DNA of 22,486 nucleotides from a virus: UHGV virus genome UHGV-0255042; one strand, 5' to 3'. Shown piece by piece: positions 1 to 8,850 of this stretch (position 1 is its first letter; each line of letters starts with the position of its first letter). The notes under the pieces were generated by a model. It saw only the letters and a program-made list of their open reading frames with translations, ran no database searches and was not told where the DNA came from. The position numbers and the translations under genes were made by a program.

Positions 1-2
1 AG

Positions 3-83
3 GTGGGTGAGATCCTGGCCGGGGTGAAAGTCATGAACAAGGTCATAGGGCTTGGTATGCCTATTCGGCAGGCTGTCAACTAA
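3..83 (+). CDS. Possible 3' end of an upstream (probably host) CDS; C-terminus reads ...VGEILAGVKVMNKVIGLGMPIRQAVN then TAA; product not recognised
   Basis: Open frame running in from the window edge to TAA at 81-83, followed immediately by a GC-rich hairpin. Too short to identify. Confidence 0.25.
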   Translation: MGEILAGVKVMNKVIGLGMPIRQAVN

Positions 84-99
84 GCCCGCCCGGCGGGTT
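84..99 (+). terminator. Terminator-like GC hairpin (GCCCGCCCGGCGGGTT) with only a two-T tail
   Basis: CCCG / CGGG stem directly after the TAA. The T-tract is unusually short, as if truncated. Confidence 0.25.
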
Positions 100-201
100 G
101 GGGAGCGACCATCCAACTTTGGATTTGATCAACAAGGCCGGTCTGTGCCGCTGTTGGTTGATTTGCCCCTAATGAAGGGCGGTAGGCGTTCACCATGGCT
201 A

Positions 202-669
202 TTAATTTAATCGGCTACGATAAAAGTCTCTTGTTATGTTGCGATCGATGACTACTTCACAACGTGCTGAAGGTCTGTAACCCTCACGAGCCTTAATCCA
301 TGGTTCTTCTTTATGAGTCATATCTTCAAGTTGTGCGCCAGAAAAAGCACCGTAGACTTCAAGAACGCCATCAATATGAGCTGCGGTTGCGGCTGGAATG
401 GATGAAAGATCAAACCCAGGAGTGCGATCTGCAATCGTTATGTCCGAATACAGTGATTTTGTAGAAGAGAACCGGTTATAAATCGCACGGCTTACTGGGC
501 CATGAATCCAAGCTTGAAACTCCTCATCCACTAACTTTTTATCGAAAAAAGCTAGATACCAAGCATCTGCGTAATAAGCTAATTTTTGCAGCTTCAAATT
601 AGACATAGTTTCACCTGAAGCTAAGATTTTTGTGATGATGTAATCACATAATTGGTTAATATTTATCAT
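202..669 (-). CDS. Panacea (DUF4065) domain protein; PanA-like putative antitoxin, GepA-like phage-associated protein
   Basis: 155-aa ORF. The segment MSNLKLQKLAYYADAWYLAFFDKKLVDEEFQAWIHGPV matches the DUF4065/Panacea signature as I remember it. The region looks AT-rich by eye. Lies between the left junction and int. Confidence 0.6.
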   Translation of the reverse strand: MININQLCDYIITKILASGETMSNLKLQKLAYYADAWYLAFFDKKLVDEEFQAWIHGPVSRAIYNRFSSTKSLYSDITIADRTPGFDLSSIPAATAAHIDGVLEVYGAFSGAQLEDMTHKEEPWIKAREGYRPSARCEVVIDRNITRDFYRSRLN

Positions 670-834
670 TATTTATCCCTCTAGGCTTGGTGTCTAAGCA
701 GCCAATCTTATTAAAGATATCGACCGTTAGAAATCTTTGAATACCAAGTTAACTTATAGTGGCATACATAGCTGAATAAATCGAGATTCAAACGTGCTAA
801 AATGTGATGAATATGGATGAGCAGTGCTTTCATT

Positions 835-1854
835 TTACGTAGTTACCATAGTTGCTAATGGATTAAAACGTAGCGCTGTTTCTAGGTGGTCAGGAGCCAG
901 ATGAGCATAGCGCATGGTCATTTTTATGTCGTGATGCCCAAGGATTTTCTGCAGAGCCAGGATGTTTCCGCCGGACATCATAAAGTGTGCTGCGAACGTA
1001 TGACGCAGAACGTGTGTTAGCTGACCGCGTGGAAGCACAATAGAAGTCTTATCCATTACAGATAAAAACTGGAAGTAGCAGTCAGTGAAGAAATTGAAAC
1101 CGTCTAGGGCAATGATTTCCTCATACAGCTCTTTGCTAATCGGAATGCTTCGGTTCTTTTTGCCTTTGGTCCTGACGAATGTGATCCGGTATTTCGTAAC
1201 CTGAGAACGGGTTAGGTTCACAGCTTCGCGCCAGCGTGCTCCGGTGCTCAGACAGATTTTAACGACAAGAGCGAGCAGGGGACTTTGGCGGTTGCAGTCG
1301 TACAATAGCTCGGTAATTTGTTCATGCGTCAGCCAGGCCATCTCCTTTTCTGCGATGGTGAATTTTCGCATGTTCTCCAGTGGGTTCGGATACGACCATT
1401 CGCCCAGGCGGGATAGTTCGCTAAAAACACTACTTAGATAGCTTTGCTCCAGGTTAATGGTGACCGGGCTTGCTCCTTTCTTCCATTTCTCGCTGAAGTA
1501 GATCTCGCCTGTCAGGCGTTTATCTCGATAGTGGGCAAACATTTTAGAGGTGAGATCAGTTGCAAGGGGATTGCCCAGAGCGTCAACCATCAGCAGCAAT
1601 TTGTCATAGACATGCTGCCCAGCAGTCAGTGATTTACCATGTAGTTTGAACCATAGCTCAACCACGTCTTTTAGTGTTCGACGATCCACTGATTCACCTA
1701 GCCAGGGCTTTGCTTCGGTTTCTTCCATCGTGTGACGCTCAAAAGCCAGTGCTTCGCCTTTGGTGGCGAATTGTTTACGCACACGACGCCCACTACGTCC
1801 GGCGGGGTAACATTCGCAAAGCCATTTTCCTGTGGTGAGTTTTCGTACAGCCAT
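835..1854 (-). CDS. int: Site-specific tyrosine integrase (P2-type)
   Basis: C-terminal catalytic signature HVLRHTFA ... LGHHDIKMTMRYAHL. Start placed at the internal ATG (MAVRKLTTGKW...) preceded by GGAGGG, giving 339 aa; the 52-codon N-terminal extension in the ORF track looks like read-through. Confidence 0.9.
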   Translation of the reverse strand: MAVRKLTTGKWLCECYPAGRSGRRVRKQFATKGEALAFERHTMEETEAKPWLGESVDRRTLKDVVELWFKLHGKSLTAGQHVYDKLLLMVDALGNPLATDLTSKMFAHYRDKRLTGEIYFSEKWKKGASPVTINLEQSYLSSVFSELSRLGEWSYPNPLENMRKFTIAEKEMAWLTHEQITELLYDCNRQSPLLALVVKICLSTGARWREAVNLTRSQVTKYRITFVRTKGKKNRSIPISKELYEEIIALDGFNFFTDCYFQFLSVMDKTSIVLPRGQLTHVLRHTFAAHFMMSGGNILALQKILGHHDIKMTMRYAHLAPDHLETALRFNPLATMVTT

Positions 1855-2042
1855 AAAAAATGCCCTCCAATAGAGAGTATTTTTACTGTATGTATAACCA
1901 GTGTCAATATATGAAATCCTGCGACCATACATCTCACTGAAGCCATAATGAAGTAGGCTATTCTTTTTGCTATGTGAGCATGTAACTTTTGCGGTTAACC
2001 TGTGGCTCATTTTTATTTTAGGCGCAGATATAAAAGCAAAAG

Positions 2043-2234
2043 TTATCGTGAGTTTTTAGTACAGATTTTTTTGGATTTACTAATAGTTCCATCATTGCAA
2101 ACGAATTTGCCATCTGAGGTACAGTGAGAAACACCTCCCTTTTTCCCTGAGCAGGGATAATTTCTAGCATAGGTAGCTAGTGGGTTTAATAACAAAGAAC
2201 ATGACAAAACCACAAAAAATACCTTACCAAGCAT
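2043..2234 (-). CDS. Small secreted or exported Cys/Lys-rich protein (63 aa); function unknown; possible lysogenic-conversion cargo
   Basis: N-terminal hydrophobic signal-like segment [23 protein letters not shown], then a short Cys- and Lys-rich mature part. Very AT-rich by eye. Sits between cI and int on the lysogenic transcript. Confidence 0.5.
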   Translation of the reverse strand: MLGKVFFVVLSCSLLLNPLATYARNYPCSGKKGGVSHCTSDGKFVCNDGTISKSKKICTKNSR

Positions 2235-2249
2235 AATTTCCTCCCGGTA

Positions 2250-2819
2250 CTATTTAACATACTTGACTGTTAAACTTATAATTTTACCAATTATTTCAAT
2301 GTCTTCTATCTTGCATTCGAAGGCTCTGTTTCCACCCTCGACGAAGATTCTTCCACCGGGTAAACGAGTAATGTCACGGATCGTTATTTCGCCATCAATA
2401 CTTATTACCCATTTACCATCACGTATATCATCAAATTCCTTATCACAAATAAATTCAGAATTATTATCTGTGATTACAAAAAGATTCTTGAATGCCGACG
2501 GTAGAAATTCTCTATCGAAAATATAAAAACCGTCTTCACACAAGGCCCCATCAGATAATACATATTTAGCAACTTCCATAGTATTTGTATTACCTGAAGT
2601 TTGCTTTGAACCATGCCCGGTTGTGAGCCAATTAAGCGAGGTGCCTGTTTCAAGGGCGCACTGGATTACCCATTCTGCTGGGAATGAGTCACGCATGTAG
2701 CGTGTGGCGAGTGTACTTTTAGAGATTCCTAAATGATCGCACAACGCCTGTCGAGTCTTGAATCCATAAGCTTCTACCATGCGCTCTATAGCGCCTCGTC
2801 CGCCTTTCTCCAAATTCAT
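2250..2819 (-). CDS. cI: Immunity repressor, 186 CI-like
   Basis: About 189 aa, transcribed divergently from the early operon. The N-terminal part (ERMVEAYGFKTRQALCDHLGISKSTLATRYMRD) looks like an HTH. Start chosen at the ATG at 2819 preceded by GGAG; the GTG at 2825 is an alternative. Confidence 0.75.
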   Translation of the reverse strand: MNLEKGGRGAIERMVEAYGFKTRQALCDHLGISKSTLATRYMRDSFPAEWVIQCALETGTSLNWLTTGHGSKQTSGNTNTMEVAKYVLSDGALCEDGFYIFDREFLPSAFKNLFVITDNNSEFICDKEFDDIRDGKWVISIDGEITIRDITRLPGGRIFVEGGNRAFECKIEDIEIIGKIISLTVKYVK

Positions 2820-2843
2820 GGTCACTCCAAGTGAACTTTTATC

Positions 2844-2872
2844 TTGACGATTTCACTGTGCGATCGTATGTT
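2844..2872 (+). promoter_or_regulatory. Candidate early lytic promoter (pR-like): -35 TTGACG (2844-2849), 17-nt spacer, -10 TATGTT (2867-2872)
   Basis: Sigma70-like hexamers with correct spacing in the cI-apl intergenic region. An inverted repeat GTGAAC (2831-2836) / GTTCAC (2879-2884) flanks it and may be operator half-sites. Confidence 0.35.
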
Positions 2873-2944
2873 TATGGTGTTCACAAAATACAAACGATCC
2901 GTATTCGTCCTGATTAATCATCATTAAACGAGGAATGTTGCATC

Positions 2945-3166
2945 ATGAGACCTAACATTTCAATCACTCTTACTACACCTCATGTGACTATTGAACGCTA
3001 TAGCGAGCTGACAGGGCTATCCATCGATACCATCAATGACATGTTGGCTGATGGACGCCTTATCCGTCACCGTCTGCGCAAAGATAAAAAACGCGAAAAA
3101 GTGATGATCAACATAGCAGCAATGACCGTTGATGCGCTTTCAGAATGCAATCTAAACCTTAATTAG
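2945..3166 (+). CDS. apl: Apl/Cox-like small DNA-binding protein (excisionase / switch regulator)
   Basis: 73-aa first gene of the rightward operon, opposite the repressor. HTH-like segment [30 protein letters not shown] upstream. Confidence 0.55.
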   Translation: MRPNISITLTTPHVTIERYSELTGLSIDTINDMLADGRLIRHRLRKDKKREKVMINIAAMTVDALSECNLNLN

Positions 3167-3198
3167 TTCGATTCTGAAATACATCAGAGGCATTGACC

Positions 3199-3708
3199 AT
3201 GTTTGATTACCAAGTTTCCAAACATCCACATTTTGATGAATCCTGTCGTGCATTCGCATTGCGCCACAACCTGGTGCAACTGGCAGAACGTGCTGGCATG
3301 AATGTGCAGATTCTGCGGAACAAGTTGAACCCAGCTCAACCTCATTTATTAACCGCACCAGAAATCTGGCTGCTTACCGATCTGACTGAAGATTCAACGC
3401 TGGTAGATGGTTTTCTGGCTCAGATTCACTGCCTGCCATGCGTACCGATTAATGAGGTGGCAAAAGAGAAACTGCCACATTACGTCATGAGTGCAACCGC
3501 AGAGATCGGGCGTGTTGCTGCAGGTGCGGTATCTGGCGATGTAAAAACCAGTGCAGGTCGTCGTGATGCTATCAGCAGCATTAACTCTGTAACACGACTG
3601 ATGGCGTTGGCTGCTGTTTCATTGCAGGCCCGTTTACAGGCTAACCCTGCGATGGCGAGTGCAGTTGATACCGTGACTGGCCTCGGTGCTTCATTTGGTT
3701 TGCTGTGA
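3199..3708 (+). CDS. cII: CII-like lysogeny establishment regulator (186 CII family)
   Basis: 169 aa from the ATG at 3199 (SD CAGAGG). Matches 186 CII in size and in sequence as I recall it ([10 protein letters not shown]..., [26 protein letters not shown]). Confidence 0.7.
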   Translation: MFDYQVSKHPHFDESCRAFALRHNLVQLAERAGMNVQILRNKLNPAQPHLLTAPEIWLLTDLTEDSTLVDGFLAQIHCLPCVPINEVAKEKLPHYVMSATAEIGRVAAGAVSGDVKTSAGRRDAISSINSVTRLMALAAVSLQARLQANPAMASAVDTVTGLGASFGLL

Positions 3709-3715
3709 GGTGCTT

Positions 3716-4012
3716 ATGCTGACGAAAGAACCATCATTTGCATCGCTGCTGGTAAAACAAAGCCCGGCAATGCACTACGGTCACGGCTGGATCACGGGTG
3801 AGGATGGAAAACGCTGGCATCCATGTCATTCACAAGATGAATTGCTGTCTGAATTGACCACGAGGAAACGGAGAAAGTCCAAATGTATGCGGCAGAAAGT
3901 GAAGTGGTTTATCAGTTTCGTTACAGAGGGGAGAGTTATTCAGTACCTGAAGATGATTTGCTCTGTTGCTATCCGTCATTGTCGGGCGATGGCAGTTACT
4001 TTTTCACGTTAA
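3716..4012 (+). CDS. Hypothetical early protein; 3' portion doubtful
   Basis: ATG at 3716 just after the cII stop, with GAGGTG upstream. The first ~55 codons look protein-like; the rest overlaps the next ORF in another frame and is compositionally odd. Confidence 0.3.
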   Translation: MLTKEPSFASLLVKQSPAMHYGHGWITGEDGKRWHPCHSQDELLSELTTRKRRKSKCMRQKVKWFISFVTEGRVIQYLKMICSVAIRHCRAMAVTFSR

Positions 4013-4107
4013 AGGATGGGACGTTTTTACGGGGAGAGCAGGTTAAAGAGACGATACGAAAAAATGTATCTCCTCTTGAGCGTTACCGTAAGAACAAAGA
4101 ACGATAG
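3883..4107 (+). CDS. Hypothetical early protein (74 aa)
   Basis: SD GGAG 7 nt upstream of the ATG; balanced amino-acid composition. Confidence 0.45.
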   Translation: MYAAESEVVYQFRYRGESYSVPEDDLLCCYPSLSGDGSYFFTLKDGTFLRGEQVKETIRKNVSPLERYRKNKER

Positions 4108-4129
4108 CTGCGTTTGGGGGATATGAAGT

Positions 4130-4471
4130 ATGGCAATTAATGGCGCTGCAGCGACTGTTCCATTAAGCCCCGGTGAACGCCTGAATGGACTTAATCACAT
4201 TGCGGAGTTAAGGGCGAAAGTGTTTGGCCTGAATATTGAGTCAGAGCTTGAGCGGTTTATTAAAGATATGCGTGATCCACGGGATATCAATAATGAACAA
4301 AATAAACGGGCACTGGCTGCCATATTCTTTATGGCAAAAATTCCAGCTGAACGTCATAGCATCAGCATTAATGAGCTGACCACTGACGAAAAGCGGGAGT
4401 TGATTAAAGCAATGAATCATTTTCGTGCAGTGGTGAGCTTATTTCCCAGACGGCTAACCATGCCGAATTAA
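4130..4471 (+). CDS. Hypothetical early-operon protein (113 aa)
   Basis: Intact ORF in operon context; no recognised motif. Confidence 0.6.
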   Translation: MAINGAAATVPLSPGERLNGLNHIAELRAKVFGLNIESELERFIKDMRDPRDINNEQNKRALAAIFFMAKIPAERHSISINELTTDEKRELIKAMNHFRAVVSLFPRRLTMPN

Positions 4472-4538
4472 CCAACTAATGAAATTAATGGCGTAAACCC
4501 GCCGGGCATCCCTTTATCTAAATTCAGGAGAATTGATT

Positions 4539-4772
4539 ATGCGTAATATTGAAACCCTCACGACTAAAACCGGACCGGATGACGCAGGGCTTAATATTTT
4601 ACTGACAGAGGCTCGTCTGGAAGAACGCCGGGCAAGGGCTGAAGCAATGGCTGCCCGCCTTGATAGTCTTGCGTGTCATATCACATCCCGCCAGCTAAAC
4701 CACGTCGAAGCGGCAGAACTGCTGCGTGTGACCGCTGAAGCAATCCAGAACGAAGCGCAGGAGATCCACTAA
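4539..4772 (+). CDS. Hypothetical early-operon protein (77 aa)
   Basis: ATG at 4539 with SD AGGAG at 4526-4530; the ORF-track start at 4533 is a TTG. Its stop overlaps the next start (TAATG). Confidence 0.6.
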   Translation: MRNIETLTTKTGPDDAGLNILLTEARLEERRARAEAMAARLDSLACHITSRQLNHVEAAELLRVTAEAIQNEAQEIH

Positions 4773-4999
4773 TGGCTGATGCAATGGATCTCGTACAGCA
4801 GCGCGTTGAAGAAGAACGCCAGCGCCATATCCGTGCTGCCCGTGCCAAAATACCGGGCGTGTCTCGCGTGCTTTGTATTGAATGTGAAGCGCCAATTCCG
4901 CCAGCACGCCGCCGCGCCATTCCTGGAGTGCAGCTTTGCATTACCTGCCAGGAAATCGCAGAGCTGAAAGGCAAACATTACAACGGAGGTGCTGTATGA
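4772..4999 (+). CDS. TraR/DksA-family C4 zinc-finger protein
   Basis: 75 aa with CxxC ... CxxC (CIECEAP ... CITCQEIAE), typical of phage TraR-like proteins. Confidence 0.7.
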   Translation: MADAMDLVQQRVEEERQRHIRAARAKIPGVSRVLCIECEAPIPPARRRAIPGVQLCITCQEIAELKGKHYNGGAV

Positions 5000-5853
5000 G
5001 CACCATCCTGAAATGGGCGGGTAATAAAACCGCCATTATGTCCGAACTGAAAAAATACCTTCCTGCTGGCCCGCGACTGGTTGAACCTTTCGCGGGTTCT
5101 TGTGCTGTGATGATGGCGACGGATTACCCCAGCTATCTGGTTGCGGATATTAATCCTGATTTAATCAACCTCTATAAAAAGATTGCCGCTGATTGCGAAG
5201 CGTTTATATCTCGTGCCAGAGTTTTATTTGAGGAAGCAAACAGTGAGCTGGCTTATTACAACATAAGACAGGAGTTTAATTACTCAACTGAAATTACTGA
5301 TTTCATGAAGGCGATATATTTCCTGTATCTCAATCGTCACGGTTACCGTGGTTTATGTCGCTATAACAAGAGCGGGCATTTCAACATTCCCTACGGTAAT
5401 TATAAAAATCCGTATTTCCCTGAAAAAGAAATTCGCGCATTTGCAGAGAAAGCCCCGCGGGCAACGTTTATCTGCGCCAGCTTTGATGAAACGCTGGCGA
5501 TGTTGAAGGCGGGGGATGTGGTGTATTGCGATCCGCCGTATGACGGTACGTTTTCCGGCTATCACACTGATGGTTTCACTGAAGATGACCAGTATCACCT
5601 GGCATCCGTTCTTGAACATCGGTCATCAGAAGGTCATCCGGTCATTGTTTCTAACAGTGACACATCCCTGATTCGTTCGCTGTATCGCAATTTCACTCAC
5701 CACTACATCAAGGCAAAACGCAGCATCGGCGTGTCGGCTGGCGAGAGTAAATCTGCAACAGAAATCATTGCTGTTTCCGGGGCGCGCTGCTGGGTGGGAT
5801 TTGATCCTTCGCGTGGCGTGGATAGTTCTGCTGTGTACGAGGTGCGTGTATGA
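4996..5853 (+). CDS. DNA N6-adenine methyltransferase (Dam family)
   Basis: Start [11 protein letters not shown] at the ATG at 4996 (ATGA overlap with the upstream stop, SD GGAGG). Motif [10 protein letters not shown] and motif IV DPPY ([12 protein letters not shown]). Confidence 0.85.
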   Translation: MSTILKWAGNKTAIMSELKKYLPAGPRLVEPFAGSCAVMMATDYPSYLVADINPDLINLYKKIAADCEAFISRARVLFEEANSELAYYNIRQEFNYSTEITDFMKAIYFLYLNRHGYRGLCRYNKSGHFNIPYGNYKNPYFPEKEIRAFAEKAPRATFICASFDETLAMLKAGDVVYCDPPYDGTFSGYHTDGFTEDDQYHLASVLEHRSSEGHPVIVSNSDTSLIRSLYRNFTHHYIKAKRSIGVSAGESKSATEIIAVSGARCWVGFDPSRGVDSSAVYEVRV

Positions 5854-8264
5854 GTCATGCCGATATGAGCGACTCTAGCGGCTTTAACGAGGCCGCTGCA
5901 GCATTTTCATGGAACGGCCCGAAAAAGGCCATAAACCCTTATCTGGACCCGGCGGAAGTTGCGCCGGTTTCTGCGCTTTCAAACCTGATCACTCTGTATG
6001 CTGCCGATAACGAGCAGGAACAGCTGCGCCGCGAGGAATTGAGTGAACAGGTCTGGGAGCGTTATTTCTTTAATGAATCCCGTGATCCTGTCCAGCGCGA
6101 AATGGAGCAGGATAAGCTCATTAGTCGGGCAAAGCTGGCGCATGAGCAGCAGCGTTTTAACCCGGACATGGTCATTCTGGCGGACGTCAGCGCCCAGCCC
6201 ACCCACATCAGCAAGCCGCTGATGCAACGTATCGAATACTTCAGCAGCCTGGGCAGGCCAAAGGCTTATTCCCGCTATTTGCGTGAGACGATTAAGCCAT
6301 GTCTGGAGCGACTGGATTGTGTACGCGACAGTCAGCTATCTACTTCTTTCCGTTTTATGGCAAGCCATCAAGGGCTGGAGGGCCTGCTGATCCTGCCTGA
6401 AATGAGTCAGGATCAGGTGAAACGCCTGTCCACCCTGGTAGCTGCGCATATGAGCATGTGTCTTGAGGCCGCTTGTGGTGATTTGTATACCAACGATGAC
6501 GTAAAGCCAGAAGAAATCCGCAAGACATGGGAAAAGGTGGCAGCGGAAACCCTGCGTCTGGATGTTATCCCGCCTGCGTTTGAGAAACTTCGTCGGAAAA
6601 GAAACCGCCGCAAACCTGTGCCCTATGAACTCATACCGGGTTCGCTGGCACGTATGCTTTGCGCCGACTGGTGGTATCGAAAATTGTGGAAGATGCGTTG
6701 CGAATGGCGGGAAGAGCAGTTGCGTGCTGTCTGTCTGGTCAGCAAAAAAGCATCTCCCTATGTCAGCTATGAAGCCGTGATGCATAAACGTGAGCAGCGC
6801 CGCAAGTCGCTGGAGTTTTTCCGTTCTCATGAACTGGTGAACGAAGACGGAGACACGCTGGATATGGAAGATGTGGTAAACGCCAGCAGCAGCAACCCGG
6901 CACATCGCCGCAATGAGATGATGGCCTGCGTTAAAGGTCTGGAGCTTATCGCGGAAATGCGCGGTGACTGCGCCGTTTTCTACACCATCACATGTCCGTC
7001 ACGTTTCCATTCCACGCTCAATAACGGCAGGCCCAACCCGACCTGGACAAATGCGACGGTAAGACAAAGCAGCGATTATCTGGTCGGCATGTTTGCTGCA
7101 TTTCGTAAGGCGATGCACAAAACCGGGTTGCGCTGGTATGGCGTACGGGTGGCTGAGCCGCACCATGACGGTACTGTGCACTGGCATCTCATGTGTTTCA
7201 TGCGCAAAAAAGACCGCCGCGCCATTACTGCATTGTTGCGTAAGTTTGCCATCCGTGAAGACCGCGAGGAGCTGGGCAATAACACGGGCCCACGCTTTAA
7301 GTCTGAGCTGATAAACCCACGCAAAGGAACGCCGACAAGCTACATCGCAAAATACATCAGTAAGAACATTGACGGGCGTGGTCTGGCTGGCGAGATCAGC
7401 AAGGAAACGGGTAAATCCCTGCGTGATAACGCCGAATACGTTAATGCCTGGGCGTCTCTGCATCGTGTTCAGCAGTTCCGCTTCTTTGGTATTCCGGGGC
7501 GCCAGGCTTACCGTGAACTGCGATTGCTGGCTGGTCAGGCGGCAAGACAACAGGGTGACAAAAAAGCAGGTGCGCCGGTACTGGATGATCCGCGTCTTGA
7601 TGCCATCCTGGCTGCTGCTGATGCTGGTTGTTTTGCCACCTACATCATGAAGCAGGGCGGCGTACTGGTTCCCCGCAAATATCACCTTATCAGAACAGCT
7701 TATGAAATTAACGAAGAGCCGACTGCCTATGGCGATCACGGTATTCGTATTTATGGCATCTGGTCACCCATTTCAGAGGGCAAGATCTGCACTCATGCAG
7801 TGAAGTGGAAAATGGTTCGTAAGGCCGTTGACGTTCAGGAGGCGGTAGCCGACCAGGGCGCTTGCGCCCCTTGGACTCGTGGCAATAACTGTCCCCTTGC
7901 TGAAAATTTGTACCAACAAGGGAAAGACAAATCAGCTGATGGAGATACCAGAACGGATATCACCCGCATGGATGACAAGGAGTTGCACGATTACCTGCGC
8001 AGTATGAGCAAAAAAGAGCGCCGGGAACTGGCAGCAAGGTTACGCCTTGTGAAACCGAAACGGCGTAAAGACTACAAACAGCGAATTACAGATCATCAGC
8101 GACAGCAGCTCGTGTATGAACTGAAGTCCAGGGGATTTGATGGCAGCGAGAAAGAGGTCGATTTACTGCTTCGCGGCGGCAGTATTCCGTCAGGAGCAGG
8201 CCTGCGTATCTTCTATCGGAACCAGCGTTTGCAGGAAGATGATAAGTGGCGAAACCTGTATTAA
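5850..8264 (+). CDS. A: Replication initiation protein A (rolling-circle HUH endonuclease)
   Basis: 804 aa. HUH-type motif [13 protein letters not shown] and paired-tyrosine segment [18 protein letters not shown] coupling to dam. Confidence 0.9.
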   Translation: MSHADMSDSSGFNEAAAAFSWNGPKKAINPYLDPAEVAPVSALSNLITLYAADNEQEQLRREELSEQVWERYFFNESRDPVQREMEQDKLISRAKLAHEQQRFNPDMVILADVSAQPTHISKPLMQRIEYFSSLGRPKAYSRYLRETIKPCLERLDCVRDSQLSTSFRFMASHQGLEGLLILPEMSQDQVKRLSTLVAAHMSMCLEAACGDLYTNDDVKPEEIRKTWEKVAAETLRLDVIPPAFEKLRRKRNRRKPVPYELIPGSLARMLCADWWYRKLWKMRCEWREEQLRAVCLVSKKASPYVSYEAVMHKREQRRKSLEFFRSHELVNEDGDTLDMEDVVNASSSNPAHRRNEMMACVKGLELIAEMRGDCAVFYTITCPSRFHSTLNNGRPNPTWTNATVRQSSDYLVGMFAAFRKAMHKTGLRWYGVRVAEPHHDGTVHWHLMCFMRKKDRRAITALLRKFAIREDREELGNNTGPRFKSELINPRKGTPTSYIAKYISKNIDGRGLAGEISKETGKSLRDNAEYVNAWASLHRVQQFRFFGIPGRQAYRELRLLAGQAARQQGDKKAGAPVLDDPRLDAILAAADAGCFATYIMKQGGVLVPRKYHLIRTAYEINEEPTAYGDHGIRIYGIWSPISEGKICTHAVKWKMVRKAVDVQEAVADQGACAPWTRGNNCPLAENLYQQGKDKSADGDTRTDITRMDDKELHDYLRSMSKKERRELAARLRLVKPKRRKDYKQRITDHQRQQLVYELKSRGFDGSEKEVDLLLRGGSIPSGAGLRIFYRNQRLQEDDKWRNLY

Positions 8265-8358
8265 TTACGCGGGTTAACAATTCGTGCCCTTAATAATACC
8301 AGGCATATCAGGCTGATGAGCATAAAAAAAACGTTTTACATCAGTAAGATTATTATAT

Positions 8359-8374
8359 ACTGTAAATATAAACA
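8359..8374 (+). promoter_or_regulatory. LexA (SOS) box CTGTAAATATAAACAG in an AT-rich promoter region
   Basis: Matches the CTGT-N8-ACAG SOS-box consensus. Lies about 45-60 nt upstream of the next ORF; a TTTACA -35-like hexamer is at 8335-8340. Confidence 0.6.
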
Positions 8375-8417
8375 GTGGTTATGTATACAGTATTGCTTTG
8401 GTGTCATAGGAGGAAAG

Positions 8418-8606
8418 ATGCAGGATTATTTTTTGGAGTCTTTGAAGCTCCAGCGCATTGATTTTTTTCTTAAGCTTGTAGCGGCTAGTGAGTGTAGTGA
8501 TGAAGAGAAGGGGCTGGCCCTGCAGTGGGTTTCTGAACTGACAGATGAACTCATGGCAAAAATCAGAACCCACGAATACAACCGCTCAATGGATGTCATC
8601 AGCTGA
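8418..8606 (+). CDS. Small hypothetical protein (62 aa) downstream of the LexA box; possible antirepressor (Tum-like) N-terminal part
   Basis: ATG at 8418 with SD AGGAGG. The ORF-track start at 8316 would read through the promoter and operator, so is rejected. Confidence 0.45.
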   Translation: MQDYFLESLKLQRIDFFLKLVAASECSDEEKGLALQWVSELTDELMAKIRTHEYNRSMDVIS

Positions 8607-8616
8607 GGTGACTTTT

Positions 8617-8850
8617 ATGCGCATTGAAATAATGATCGATAAAGAGCAGAAGGTTAGCCAGTCTACACTGGACGCCCTTGAATCCGAGCTTTACCGCAAT
8701 CTGCGCCCCCTGTATCCCAAAACGGTAATTCGTATCCGCAAAGGTAGCTCTAACGGTGTGGAACTGACCGGACTGCAACTGGACGAAGAAAGAAAACAAG
8801 TGATGAAAATTATGCAGAAGGTGTGGGAAGACGACAGCTGGCTGCATTAA
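8617..8850 (+). CDS. DinI-family protein (like the DinI-like C-terminal half of 186 Tum antirepressor)
   Basis: 77 aa from the ATG at 8617 (SD GAGGTG). MRIEIMIDK ... KVWEDDSWL resembles E. coli DinI (MRIEVTIAK ... ETWESADDWF) as I recall it. Confidence 0.7.
   Translation: MRIEIMIDKEQKVSQSTLDALESELYRNLRPLYPKTVIRIRKGSSNGVELTGLQLDEERKQVMKIMQKVWEDDSWLH

Noticed and set aside
711-833. 40-codon - strand ORF between the int stop and the Panacea gene, as a possible toxin partner
   Set aside because: Too short, no SD, not clearly hydrophobic or otherwise toxin-like; kept only as a remote possibility.
1855-2010. N-terminal 52-codon extension of the integrase ORF (MSHRLTAKVT...)
   Set aside because: The internal ATG at 1854 has an SD and gives the expected MAVRKL... 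integrase N-terminus and size; the extension looks like read-through.
4936-4995. Upstream extension of the Dam ORF overlapping the TraR-like gene
   Set aside because: The ATG at 4996 has a GGAGG SD and the ATGA coupling; the extension is out of frame with TraR and unsupported.
6999-7739. 246-aa ORF on the - strand, with 6336-6905 (-) and others, inside gene A
   Set aside because: Antisense to a well-supported gene; Cys/Arg-rich low-complexity translation typical of a GC-rich antisense frame.
8378-8392. Second LexA-like sequence TGGTTATGTATACAG
   Set aside because: The 5' half is TGG rather than CTG; at best a half-site.
8316-8417. Upstream extension of the small SOS-module ORF (MSIKKTFYISK...)
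   Set aside because: It would translate through the LexA box and promoter; the ATG at 8418 has a strong SD.
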